Source of the DNA: Gaiellales bacterium | GTDB lineage: Bacteria; Actinomycetota; Thermoleophilia; Gaiellales; JAICJC01 | DNA: 56,778 nucleotides | Direction of reading: 5' to 3' | NCBI GenBank assembly: GCA_035553035.1 | Contig: DATNEO010000019.1 | Span: 1 to 56,778, forward strand | Shown: piece after piece, positions 8,508 to 17,175 of the stretch | How positions within the stretch are numbered: position 1 is the first letter of the stretch | Layout: each line of letters begins with the position of its first letter | Position numbers and translations under genes: made by a program | Notes under the pieces: model-generated | Databases searched by the model: none | What the model was told of the DNA's origin: nothing | Seen by the model: the letters and a program-made list of their open reading frames with translations, nothing else

Positions 8508-9091
8508 GGCCCGCTCCGCCCCACCAGGCGCAGCGACCCGGCTGACTCGGCCTGGATCAGCGCCGGGACGTCGCGCGCAGGTACCCGCAGGGTGGCGACG
8601 GCCGCTCCGTCCGCCGTCCGCGAGGCGATCACGAGCGCGTCGGCCAGCACCAGCTGCACGCGCGGCATGCGGCCCGCCCGCACAAGGTAGAGGTCGGCGG
8701 TCAGCCCGTCGGGAGGATCCAGCGGCAGGCCGGCCGAGTCGTCCAGGCGCAGCGAGACGTCCCGGCCGTCCTGACCGGCCGGCACGCGGGCCAGCTCGGA
8801 GTCCATCAACGGAGCACCCGCCGGCAGCGCCACGGCTGCGAGCTGGCCCACCGCGACGCCGGGATCGGCTAGCTGGTGCGGGTTCGCCCAGGTCACCGGC
8901 ACCGCTCCCGTGGCCAGGTCCGCCGGGGCGATCCGCTGCCCTGGCGCCACCGGGCGGCGCATCGATACCACTCGCTGCATCGGTTCGAGTGAGGGGCGGC
9001 CGGAGCTGCCGCCGAACCCGTACAACGCCGCCAGCGCCAGTACGAGCGCCAGCGCCCCGAACGCCACGCTGCGGCGGCGGTGCCGGCTCAC
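8504..9091 (-). CDS. cpaB: Flp pilus assembly protein CpaB (SAF domain)
   Basis: N-terminal TM helix (SVAFGALALVLALAALYG), then a SAF-like region (PVAPGQRIAPADL) and a beta-rich C-terminus. GTG 9091 overlaps the upstream stop. Confidence 0.7.
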   Translation of the reverse strand: MSRHRRRSVAFGALALVLALAALYGFGGSSGRPSLEPMQRVVSMRRPVAPGQRIAPADLATGAVPVTWANPHQLADPGVAVGQLAAVALPAGAPLMDSELARVPAGQDGRDVSLRLDDSAGLPLDPPDGLTADLYLVRAGRMPRVQLVLADALVIASRTADGAAVATLRVPARDVPALIQAESAGSLRLVGRSGP

Positions 9092-9837
9092 GACTGCCTG
9101 CCCGGGCTGCAGCGGCGGCACTGGCGGCCGACCACCGGCAGGCCGCACCAGTCGCATCGTGGCGCGACCCCGAACTGCTCGCGCAGCCGTTGCAACTGGG
9201 CGGCCGAGAGCGGTGGCGCGCCCAGCAGCTCGACGGCCCACGACGCGCCCAGGGCGGCGGCAACACCGTGGGTGATCCGCCCCACCGACACTCCCGAGGC
9301 GGTCAGCTCGGCCAACGCTGCAGCCACGCTGCGCGGCGGCGCCGATCCCGAGGTGGCGGCCGCGCACAGGTAGCCCCGTCCGGACACCGTACGCGCGGAG
9401 GGCGCCAGGTCACGCGTGTGTGCACCCGACCACCCGCCGCCGTCCCACGCCACGGCCCGTCGCGGTCTGTGCACGCCGGGCCGGCGCGACCGAGACCCGA
9501 CCACGGTGGCCACGGTCGATGCCAGCAGCAGATAGGTGCACCGGCGTTCCAGCTCGACCACCAGCGCGGCCAGCTCCTCGGCGGCCCATCCTCCCGCGGC
9601 GGCACTGCGCGCAACCTGCACGAGGTAGCGGCCGCCGATACCCGGCAGCGACGCGCGCACGACGATCCTGCCCCCTGCCCGGCCCGGAGTGCCCATCCGC
9701 GCAACGCCCGCCAGGGCGGGCTGAACGACCAGCGCATCGCGTCCCGGAGGCGGCTCGTCCGGCGCGACCGCCACGGCCACCTCGGGGCGTTGCTCCACGT
9801 GGGCCAGGCGCAGGGGGGCGGCGCGACCGACGGTCAC
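9088..9837 (-). CDS. Hypothetical protein with C-terminal CxxC-x8-CxxC motif, embedded in the tad operon
   Basis: 249-aa protein (250 codons including the stop), locked between the HK and cpaB by GTGA overlaps at both ends. Ends ...CDWCGLPVVGRQCRRCSPGRQS. No domain recognised. Confidence 0.5.
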   Translation of the reverse strand: MTVGRAAPLRLAHVEQRPEVAVAVAPDEPPPGRDALVVQPALAGVARMGTPGRAGGRIVVRASLPGIGGRYLVQVARSAAAGGWAAEELAALVVELERRCTYLLLASTVATVVGSRSRRPGVHRPRRAVAWDGGGWSGAHTRDLAPSARTVSGRGYLCAAATSGSAPPRSVAAALAELTASGVSVGRITHGVAAALGASWAVELLGAPPLSAAQLQRLREQFGVAPRCDWCGLPVVGRQCRRCSPGRQS

Positions 9838-10823
9838 GACGCCACCTCCCACGCCGGCAGGCCGACCGTGAATCGCGTGCCCTCCCCCACCGAGCTCTCC
9901 ACCTCGAGATGGCCTCCGTGCGCTTCGGTCAGCTCGCGCACGACGGCCAGGCCGAGACCGGCACCCGGCTCAGCGCCGTCGGGCTGGTAGAACTCGTCGA
10001 AGATGCGCGGCAGCGCCTCGGGCGGGATGCCGCGGCCGCCATCGGACACAGACACCCGCAGCTCGTGACCAGTGCTGTCGCCTTCGATCCGGACGGATGT
10101 GCCGGGCGGGGCGTACTTGATGCCGTTGGTCAGCAGGTTCGCAAAGATCTGACGCATCCGGTTCTCGTCCCCCATCACCAACGATCCGTTGCCTTTCCAG
10201 GCAAGGTCGATGCTGACGTGGCGTTGCTCGGCAACGCCACGCAGTCGCTTTGCGACCTCCTCGACGCAGTCGCGGAGCGGGAACGTCTCCGCCGACACGC
10301 GCAGCTCGCCGGCCTGCGCCCGCGACAACTCGAGCAGATCCTCGACCAGGTAGGCGAGTCGCTCGCACTCGCCGTTGATCACGTCCAGCCGATCGGCCTT
10401 GACCGGATCGTCCTCGGCTCGGCGGAGCGTGTAGACGTACCCCTTGATTACGGTCAGCGGCGTGCGCAGCTCGTGCGAGACCTTGCCGATGAAGCTGGCC
10501 CTGGCATGACCCTCTCGGGCCAGCCGGGCGGCCATGGTGTTGACGCTCGCGGCCAGCGCATCGATCTCGGCCGGACCACGGGCGGACACGCGCGCACCGT
10601 ACTCACCGGCGCTGACCTGTTCGGCGAACGAGCCGATCTCGTGGACGAGGGCAACCACCCGGCGCGCCTGGACAGCACTCGTGATCACCGTCGCCGCGAA
10701 GGCGGTGACGGCGAGCGCGAACAGCATCGGTGGATCGTTTCGCTGAGCCGCGCCCGCCACCACCCCCGCCACGATCAACGCGAACGGGGTCGCCAGCCGC
10801 AGCCAGTAGCCGCCCAACCTCAT
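9834..10823 (-). CDS. Sensor histidine kinase (TM, HAMP, HisKA, HATPase_c)
   Basis: H-box FIGKVSHELRTPLT, N-box NLLTNGIKYA, G-boxes DGGRGIP and GLGLAVV. ATG 10823 overlaps the RR stop (ATGA). Confidence 0.85.
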   Translation of the reverse strand: MRLGGYWLRLATPFALIVAGVVAGAAQRNDPPMLFALAVTAFAATVITSAVQARRVVALVHEIGSFAEQVSAGEYGARVSARGPAEIDALAASVNTMAARLAREGHARASFIGKVSHELRTPLTVIKGYVYTLRRAEDDPVKADRLDVINGECERLAYLVEDLLELSRAQAGELRVSAETFPLRDCVEEVAKRLRGVAEQRHVSIDLAWKGNGSLVMGDENRMRQIFANLLTNGIKYAPPGTSVRIEGDSTGHELRVSVSDGGRGIPPEALPRIFDEFYQPDGAEPGAGLGLAVVRELTEAHGGHLEVESSVGEGTRFTVGLPAWEVAS

Positions 10824-11527
10824 TCCGGTGCGCAGACGCGGTAGCCGTGGCCCCACACGTTGGCGATCCAGGCCCTGTCGGAGCAAGCCGCCAGCTTCTG
10901 CCGGAGCCGGCTGGCGTGGGAATCGAGCGTTCGCGTGCGGCCCGGTGACTTGAATCCCCAGACCTGCTCCAGCAGCTCCTGCTTCGAGAACACCCGCTCC
11001 GGCTCAGCCGCCAGCGTGGCCAGCAGCTGGAACTCCTTGACCGACAGCTGGACTCCGATGCCACCCACCTTCACCTGCTTGGACAGCGTGTTCACTACCA
11101 GCTCGCCGACCGCCAGCAGATGGCGCTCGTCGACCCGCGACACGCGCTTCAACAGGCCGGCGATGCGAGCCAGCAGCTCCGGGTAGTGGAAGGGTTTCGT
11201 AACGTAATCGTCGGCGCCTCGCGACAGGCCGCGGACGCGATCGGTGTGCTCCGCCTTGGCCGAGAGCATGATGATCGGCAGGTCCGGATCCCACGGCTCG
11301 TTGACGCCGTCGCCACCGCGGACACGGCGGCAGAGATCGATGCCGCTCATGCCGGGCAGCACCACGTCCAGCAGCATCAGGTCGGGCTGCGATTGCGCGA
11401 GCAGTTCGATCGCCTCCTCGGCGGTGCCGGCGGTCAGCACCGAGTAGTCATCTGCGCGGAGGTTCTCGACGAGGAACTCCACAATTCGGGGCTCGTCCTC
11501 GACGACGAGCACGGTTGTTCCAGCCAC
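10820..11527 (-). CDS. OmpR/PhoB-family response regulator
   Basis: Receiver motifs (VLVVEDE, LMLLDVVLPGMSG, LSAK) plus a C-terminal winged-helix domain (LTLKEFQLL-type SVKEFQLLATL, GHGYR). GTG start with GAAGGAG upstream. Confidence 0.9.
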   Translation of the reverse strand: MAGTTVLVVEDEPRIVEFLVENLRADDYSVLTAGTAEEAIELLAQSQPDLMLLDVVLPGMSGIDLCRRVRGGDGVNEPWDPDLPIIMLSAKAEHTDRVRGLSRGADDYVTKPFHYPELLARIAGLLKRVSRVDERHLLAVGELVVNTLSKQVKVGGIGVQLSVKEFQLLATLAAEPERVFSKQELLEQVWGFKSPGRTRTLDSHASRLRQKLAACSDRAWIANVWGHGYRVCAPE

Positions 11528-11794
11528 GTCTACTTGGCTCCTTCAGAGTTGGCCGGATCGCGAGTGGGCGCTTGGATGCCCGGGTCCGGCGGGGGTCGGT
11601 TGTATGCCACCCGCCGCCAGGGGGCACGGCTCGCATCCTAGGTCACGATATTGACAATTGGAAGACCTGTCACGGAATCCGTTGCACTTTTGTCCAATAT
11701 TCGACGAATTTTCCGCGATCTGTCCGTGATTTACGATCCAGACAACGCTCTTTATCATTTCTCGACTCGGCCAGCGCCGCACGCCGGCATCGGC

Positions 11795-11800
11795 TAGCGT
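11795..11800 (+). promoter_or_regulatory. -10 like hexamer TAGCGT, 6 nt upstream of GTG 11807 (leaderless mRNA predicted)
   Basis: TAnnnT pattern, 6-nt spacer, no SD. Confidence 0.4.
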
Positions 11801-11806
11801 CGCGCC

Positions 11807-12601
11807 GTGCTGTTTCGCCTCAACAGCGTTGAGCTGGGCCTGGTGCTCGCCGCCATCGTGTTCGGCGCGACCGGGATCGCTGTGCTGCTCGGCCGCCGCC
11901 ACCGCGAGCACTCGGAGATGCGCGAGCCGTTCGCCGTGCTGCAGGGTGCGCTGCTGGGCGTGGTCGGGCTGATCCTCGCCTTCGGGCTGTCGCTGGCCGT
12001 CGGCCGCTACCAGGATCGCCGCGCCGCCGTGGTCGATGAGGCCAACGCGATCGGCACCACCTACCTGCGGGCGCAGATGCTGGCGGAGCCGGTGCGCAGC
12101 AGGTCGCTGGCGCTGCTGATGCAGTACACGGACCAGGCCATCCGGCTCAGCTCGGACGTTCCGGAAAGCGCGAACGCCCAGCGCATCATCGCCACGGAGG
12201 AGGTGCTGCAGCGCCGGCTGTGGGCGCTGGCCGGGCAGGCGGTCGCGGCCTCGCCGGTGGACACCGCTCCAAGGCTCTACGTCGAGACCCTGAACGAGAT
12301 GATCGACGCGCAGGGCGTGCGCGTGGCCGGGCTCAACAACCGGGTGCCGACCGAGGTGTGGGTGCTCGAGATCGTGGGCGCGGCCGCGGCGGTGGCGATG
12401 CTCGCGTTCTACCTGGCGGTGCTCGGTCGCGGCCTGCTGACGGTGCTGATTGCGGCCGGGCTGGTGACGATGCTGCTGTATGTCAGCTTCGACCTCGACC
12501 GCCCCACCCGCGGCCTGATCACCGTCCCGAACGGGCCGCTCGTCAGCCTGCGCGCGTCGATGGCCCTGCCGCCTACAGCCACCGGCCCGGCCCAGCCGTA
12601 G
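11807..12601 (+). CDS. Membrane protein, DUF4239-like
   Basis: Two N-terminal and two C-terminal TM helices flank a soluble helical region. The family assignment is from memory of similar sequences. Confidence 0.55.
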   Translation: MLFRLNSVELGLVLAAIVFGATGIAVLLGRRHREHSEMREPFAVLQGALLGVVGLILAFGLSLAVGRYQDRRAAVVDEANAIGTTYLRAQMLAEPVRSRSLALLMQYTDQAIRLSSDVPESANAQRIIATEEVLQRRLWALAGQAVAASPVDTAPRLYVETLNEMIDAQGVRVAGLNNRVPTEVWVLEIVGAAAAVAMLAFYLAVLGRGLLTVLIAAGLVTMLLYVSFDLDRPTRGLITVPNGPLVSLRASMALPPTATGPAQP

Positions 12602-12607
12602 GCCCGT

Positions 12608-12949
12608 TCAGCGCTCGATCACCAGGTAGTCCCCCACCTCGACGCCGCTGCGCGCGATCGCGCCCACCGGCAGCTCCAGCGCCACCTTGGCCCCGCGGCA
12701 GAAGGACATGCGCCAGGGCTCGAACCCCTCCACCAGCTTCATCACGCGGCCGTCGTCGGCCGCCCACACGACGTCGATCGCGAACCGCATGAACCACATG
12801 TGGATGGAGCTGGTGGGCTGGATCCAGAGACCCTCGTCCTCGGGCATGCCCGACCGGCCCAGCAGGCCCTTGGTGCGCGTCCACGCGGTGGTCGCGAGCA
12901 CGCCCTGCTCGCACACCACCGGCCCTCGTTCCAGGCGGATCCGCGGCAC
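12608..12949 (-). CDS. DUF192 domain protein
   Basis: TRTKGLLGRSGMPEDEGLWIQPTSSIHMWFMRFAIDVVW matches the characteristic DUF192 (COG1430) core. Confidence 0.75.
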   Translation of the reverse strand: MPRIRLERGPVVCEQGVLATTAWTRTKGLLGRSGMPEDEGLWIQPTSSIHMWFMRFAIDVVWAADDGRVMKLVEGFEPWRMSFCRGAKVALELPVGAIARSGVEVGDYLVIER

Positions 12950-12964
12950 CTACACTTCCCTTCC

Positions 12965-13420
12965 GTGGACGCTGACTACCACTCGGGCGACGACTTCGTC
13001 GTCGAGTTCCTCGACTACCGCTACGGGTTCTCGCGCACCGACTTCGGCCAGCGGGTGGTCGCGGCGGCGGTGCGGCTGGAGCTGGTGCCGCAGCGCGACC
13101 TGACGGCCGACGAGGCCGACGACCTGGTCGAACTGGCCTCGACCGGCACCACCGCCCACCCGCGCAGCCGGCTCGGCGAGCACCTGCGCGACCAGGCCGG
13201 CCCGATCGACCAGCTGCACGCCGAAACGCTCTGCTACTGGCTGCGCAAGCTTGTCTTCCGCGGTGCCTGGCTCGATCATCGCGTCAAGGCCGGGCTGCTG
13301 GACGTGGCCTTCGACGAGGCATCCGGCGGATTCGCATACCGCATGCCCAGCGACCAGTCGCCGCTGGTCGAGCTGGCCCCGGTGCCGTCGTGGGCCGAGC
13401 TGCAGTACACGGACGGCTAG
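12965..13420 (+). CDS. Hypothetical protein
   Basis: GTG start. Coding-like third-position GC. No recognisable domain. Confidence 0.45.
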   Translation: MDADYHSGDDFVVEFLDYRYGFSRTDFGQRVVAAAVRLELVPQRDLTADEADDLVELASTGTTAHPRSRLGEHLRDQAGPIDQLHAETLCYWLRKLVFRGAWLDHRVKAGLLDVAFDEASGGFAYRMPSDQSPLVELAPVPSWAELQYTDG

Positions 13421-13797
13421 GCCGCCGGCACGAACAGCAGCAGGTGCGGCCCGACCTGGATGCGGTCGCCCTCCTCCAGCAGCCGCTGCTCGATCCGCTC
13501 GCCGTTGACGAAGGTGCCGTTCAGGCTGCCCTCGTCCTCGAGCACCACCCCGATCGGCTCCACCCGCACGGTGGCGTGGCGCGCCGACACGGTCGGCCCG
13601 GCCAACACCACGTCGTTCTCGTCGTGGCGGCCGAGCTTGGTCAGGCGGCCGCTGAGCTCGTAGGTCTGATCCTCGCCCAGGCGCGGGCGCCACACCAGCG
13701 ACGGCCGCTCGCCCTTGGCAGGGATGACCAGATCCACGCCCGCAGGCTCCGGATCGATGATTCGTGTGTAGCTGACCTCGTCGTCAAATGCGTGCAT
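13417..13797 (-). CDS. FHA domain protein
   Basis: LGRHDENDVVLAGPTVSARHATV...GSLNGTFVNGERI is a canonical FHA core. ATG 13797 is preceded by GGGAGG. Confidence 0.8.
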   Translation of the reverse strand: MHAFDDEVSYTRIIDPEPAGVDLVIPAKGERPSLVWRPRLGEDQTYELSGRLTKLGRHDENDVVLAGPTVSARHATVRVEPIGVVLEDEGSLNGTFVNGERIEQRLLEEGDRIQVGPHLLLFVPAA

Positions 13798-13868
13798 CAG
13801 TGACCTCCCTGGGACGGCTGTTCGAGCGTAGCAGCGGCCGCGGACGCCGCCGGGTAGACTCATGAGCG

Positions 13869-14453
13869 ATGGAGACCGGTCGCACCCCGATGGAAGAGGC
13901 GGAGGCACAGCTCTACCGCCGAATCCAGGAGCTGCGAACCCGCGCCCGCGGTGACCAGCCGGCGCCCGATGTGGTGGCGGAAGCGCGTCCCACGATGCCG
14001 GATCTGCGCACCATCCTGGCTCGCGCCGAGACGCACGTGGACGAGCTGCGCACGACCGCCGCCTCGCTCGAGGAGAGCCTGCCGGCGAAGGTGGAACGGG
14101 CGGTCGAGCGGGCCATGTCGGAGCACTCCGACGCGCGCCGCGCGGACGAGCTGCGAGAGCTCGTGCGCGGGCTGTCGCGGCAGGTCGAACAGGTCAACCT
14201 GGACCTGCTGGCCGAGCGCCTCGGCCGCGTCGAGGACCTGGAGCTGGTGGTCGACCTGATCTCGACCGGCATGGCCGCGCTGCGCCAGGACATCGCCACG
14301 CTGGCGGCGATGGTGGAGCAGGTCGGCGGCGGCGTCGACGGTGTGATCGAAAAGCTCGACCAGCCGCTGCAGGTGACGGTCGAGCGGCCGCACAGAAGCG
14401 GCGTTCGCGACCTGTTCCAGCCCACCAGCGACGACCCGCCGGAAGCCAGCTAG
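13869..14453 (+). CDS. Hypothetical coiled-coil protein
   Basis: Charged, heptad-like sequence. TAGACT lies 8 nt upstream of the ATG. Confidence 0.5.
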   Translation: METGRTPMEEAEAQLYRRIQELRTRARGDQPAPDVVAEARPTMPDLRTILARAETHVDELRTTAASLEESLPAKVERAVERAMSEHSDARRADELRELVRGLSRQVEQVNLDLLAERLGRVEDLELVVDLISTGMAALRQDIATLAAMVEQVGGGVDGVIEKLDQPLQVTVERPHRSGVRDLFQPTSDDPPEAS

Positions 14454-14458
14454 ACCCG

Positions 14459-14836
14459 CTAGCCCGGCAGCACCGCCACGCAGTCGATCTCGACCTTGAT
14501 GCCGCCCGGCAGCCCTGCCACCTGAATGGTCGTCCGCGCCGGTCGCGGCGTCGGGAAGGCCTCGGCGTAGACGGCGTTCATCTCGTCAAAGTCGCCGATG
14601 TCGACCAGGTAGACGCCGCAGCGAACCACGTCGGCCGGCCCCGCGCCGGCGGCCGCCAGGATCCGGAACACGTTCTCGAGCGCCAGGCGCGTCTCGGCCG
14701 CCACCGTGTCCGGCGTGTAGTCCTCGTCGCGCAGCGGGCCCTGCCCGGCGACGTACACGAAGCGGCCCTCGGCCACCACGGCCGGCGAGTACGGGCCGAG
14801 CGCGCTGGCGTCGACGATGACCGGCTCGCGGCTCAT
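14459..14836 (-). CDS. ridA: RidA/YjgF family reactive-intermediate deaminase
   Basis: YSPAVVAEGRFVYVAGQGP...ARTTIQVAGLPGGIKVEIDCVA is typical RidA. ATGA overlap with the upstream dehydrogenase. Confidence 0.85.
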   Translation of the reverse strand: MSREPVIVDASALGPYSPAVVAEGRFVYVAGQGPLRDEDYTPDTVAAETRLALENVFRILAAAGAGPADVVRCGVYLVDIGDFDEMNAVYAEAFPTPRPARTTIQVAGLPGGIKVEIDCVAVLPG

Positions 14837-15738
14837 CGCGACTCCGCCTCGACCGGCCACACCTGCGGGTTGGCCAGGTTCGGGGGCCGCTCGCCGCGCA
14901 GGATCTGGGCCAGCCCGCGGCAGGCCAGCCGGGCCATGCCGTCGCGCGTCTCGCGTGTCGCCGATGCGATGTGCGGCACCATCAGCGCACTCTCGCACGC
15001 GAGCAGGGCCGGGTGCACGTGTGGCTCGTTCTCGAACACGTCCAGTCCGGCGCCGCCCAGGTGGCCGGAGGCGAGGGACTCGGCGAGGGCGGCCTCGTCG
15101 ACGACCGGGCCGCGGCTGGTGTTGATGAGGAACGCACCCTGCTTCATGCGCGCCAGCTCCGCCGCGCCGATCAGGTGGCGGGTGGAGTCCGACAGGGGCA
15201 CGGTCACCGCCACGAAGTCGGACTCGGCCAGCACCCGCTCCAGCTCGGCGCGGTCACGCCCGGCGAACAGGACGCGCATGCCGAAGCCATCGGCGCGGCG
15301 GGCGACGGCGCGGCCGATGCGGCCGGGACCGATGATCCCGAGCGTCTTTCCGTGCACGTCGGTGCCCAGCAACAGGTCGAAGCTCCAGGACTGCCAGCGG
15401 CCCGCGCGCAGGTAGCGCTCGCTCTCCCCCAGCCTCCGTGCCGCGCCCAGCAGCAGCGCGAACGTGAGGTCCGCAGTGGCCTCGGTCAGCACGTCCGGCG
15501 TGTAGGCGATCGGGATCCGGTGCCGCTCCGCGGCGGCCAGGTCGATGTGGTCGAGCCCGACCGAGACGGTCGCGAGGCCGCGCAGGCCGGGTGTCGCCAG
15601 GAAGGCCTCGTCGATGCGGTCGATCAGGTAGCAGACGACCCCGTCGCAGCCGGACGGGTCGTTGCCGCGCACCAGCTCGTGGCCCTCCAGCTCGACCAGG
15701 CCGGCCGGCGACACCTCCTGCATGATCAGCACCCGCAT
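14833..15738 (-). CDS. D-isomer-specific 2-hydroxyacid dehydrogenase (glyoxylate/hydroxypyruvate reductase-like)
   Basis: NAD fold GKTLGIIGPGRIGRAVA. Catalytic region NTSRGPVVDE...HIAS. SD GGGAGGA upstream of ATG 15738. Confidence 0.9.
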   Translation of the reverse strand: MRVLIMQEVSPAGLVELEGHELVRGNDPSGCDGVVCYLIDRIDEAFLATPGLRGLATVSVGLDHIDLAAAERHRIPIAYTPDVLTEATADLTFALLLGAARRLGESERYLRAGRWQSWSFDLLLGTDVHGKTLGIIGPGRIGRAVARRADGFGMRVLFAGRDRAELERVLAESDFVAVTVPLSDSTRHLIGAAELARMKQGAFLINTSRGPVVDEAALAESLASGHLGGAGLDVFENEPHVHPALLACESALMVPHIASATRETRDGMARLACRGLAQILRGERPPNLANPQVWPVEAESR

Positions 15739-15800
15739 AGCTATCCTCCCCACCAGACAGACCGGCAACGGTATCAGCGGTTGGCAGTGGAGGTCGGCGG

Positions 15801-16007
15801 ATGGCGGTAACGAAGGTGATCGAGGTGATCGGAAGCTCTACCGAGAGCTCCGACGACGCCGTCCGCCAGGCGCTCACGGCCGCCGCCCGCTCGGTGCGCG
15901 GAATCCGCAAGATCGAGGTCGTCTCCACCACCTGCGAGGTGACCGACGGCCAGGTCAGCCGCTGGGACGTGCTGGTCAAGATGCAGTTCCCGGTCGAGCC
16001 GCGCTAG
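15801..16007 (+). CDS. Dodecin family flavin-binding protein
   Basis: 68 aa. VTKVIEVIGSSTESSDDAVRQAL...W..L.K is the dodecin pattern. Confidence 0.8.
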   Translation: MAVTKVIEVIGSSTESSDDAVRQALTAAARSVRGIRKIEVVSTTCEVTDGQVSRWDVLVKMQFPVEPR

Positions 16008-16009
16008 CG

Positions 16010-16552
16010 ATGGTTCCCGAGCAGCCTCTCCAAGTGACCGAGCATGGGCTCGTCGCCGCGAGCGACGGCTGGTTCGTGTTGAACGCGGCCGAGGCGCGAT
16101 GGCGGGAGCGGCCCGGTCGCGGCTCCTACTGCGATTTCGAGGGCGATTCGGACTTCGCGCAGGTCGGGATCAACCTCCAGACGCTGGCACCCGGCGAGCC
16201 GATGGCGATGTACCACTGGGAGGCTGACCAGGAGGATTTCCTGGTGCTGGCCGGTGAGGGAGTGCTCGTGATCGAGGGCCAGGAGCGGCCGTTGCGGCGG
16301 TGGGATTTCGTGCACTGCCCGGCCGGCACCGAGCACGTGATCGTGGCCGCCGGCAGCGGCCCCCTGGTCGTGCTGTGCATCGGCGCCCGCAGCGAGTCGA
16401 CCGGGCCGAACTGGGGTGCCTACACGGTGGACGCCGCGGCCCGGCGGCACGACGCCGGCGTCGACCAGGAGACCACCGACGAGCGGATTGCATACGCCCG
16501 CTTCCCGGAGCCACGGTACACGGGCTACCGGCCAGGTTTGCTGCCTGATTGA
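16010..16552 (+). CDS. Cupin domain protein
   Basis: Cupin motifs (MAMYHWEADQEDFLVLAGEG...VHCPAGTEHV). Starts 2 nt after the dodecin stop. Confidence 0.75.
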   Translation: MVPEQPLQVTEHGLVAASDGWFVLNAAEARWRERPGRGSYCDFEGDSDFAQVGINLQTLAPGEPMAMYHWEADQEDFLVLAGEGVLVIEGQERPLRRWDFVHCPAGTEHVIVAAGSGPLVVLCIGARSESTGPNWGAYTVDAAARRHDAGVDQETTDERIAYARFPEPRYTGYRPGLLPD

Positions 16553-16615
16553 CGGCCGCTGCGCGCGATTCGCAGGGTGTAGGCTTGGGCATTCCCAGGC
16601 GAGAGGAGTCACGGC

Positions 16616-16882
16616 ATGAGCATCAACCGTTTCCCGTACCAGGACGACATTCTCCGGCAGCTCAGCGGCGGCAGCGCGTCCGTCTCCGAGATCGCAACGG
16701 CAATCGCCGGCGAGGGGCGGCACTCGGCCGAGGGCCACGACTCCGACGAGCTGCACCAGTCGGTGGCCGAGAACGTCGACCACCTCGTGCATCTCGGCCT
16801 GGTGGAATACAGCGGCTCGGGCGCCGACCGCGCCGCGGCGCTGACGACCGCTGGTAGCGAGGCGGTCAGCTCGCTGCCGTAG
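16616..16882 (+). CDS. Small hypothetical protein, possibly winged-helix
   Basis: SD GAGAGGAG upstream. ILRQLSGGSASVSEIATAI...LVHLGLVE resembles a wHTH. Confidence 0.5.
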   Translation: MSINRFPYQDDILRQLSGGSASVSEIATAIAGEGRHSAEGHDSDELHQSVAENVDHLVHLGLVEYSGSGADRAAALTTAGSEAVSSLP

Positions 16883-17120
16883 CCCGCCCAGGACGACGAG
16901 GTATACGCCGCTGTCCTTGAGATTAGGTCAGGCTGGCTCGAAACAGGATGCCCTGGCTCCCGTCGAAGCTCAGCCCGGGAAATCGTCAGCCAGACCGGTG
17001 GGTGGCTCCGCCTCCGATTCGCAAGTGCCAGGCAACCCTCGATGTCGGCCAAAACGGCCGGCCGGATCAGTGGTGATTGCACCATTCTTGCGGGAATCCT
17101 TACCGCATCATGGCCGGGGT

Positions 17121-17147
17121 GGCGGCGCAGCCGCACGCTGCGCCGCC
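17121..17147 (-). terminator. Hairpin GGCGGCGCAGC-cgcac-GCTGCGCCGCC downstream of the flp-like gene
   Basis: Perfect 11-bp stem, 29-55 nt after the stop at 17176. No U-tract, so intrinsic-terminator status is uncertain. Confidence 0.35.
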
Positions 17148-17175
17148 ACCGGAAAGGCCGGCTCGCTGACCGGCC

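Noticed and set aside
8017-9990. 657-aa plus-strand ORF. Similar very long ORFs occur at 31898-34204 (+), 39215-41155 (+), 51511-53670 (-), 27156-28742 (+), 19851-20351 (the 5' extension of the ALDH ORF) and 24959-26065 (the 5' extension of dinB).
   Set aside because: These are Arg/Pro/Ala/Gly-rich, low-complexity translations lying antisense or out of frame to genes with clear family motifs. This is the typical stop-codon-poor shadow ORF of high-GC DNA.
11730-11758. Sigma-70-like promoter TTTACG-N17-TATCAT upstream of the 11807 gene.
   Set aside because: A TAGCGT hexamer exactly 6 nt upstream of the GTG fits the recurrent leaderless pattern of this window better. The two cannot be discriminated without TSS data, so only the latter was listed.
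16883-17120. Moderately lower-GC 240-bp spacer downstream of the flp terminator hairpin, examined for a tRNA, sRNA or riboswitch.
   Set aside because: No cloverleaf, conserved riboswitch core or convincing ORF was recognised, and no claim can be made from the sequence alone.
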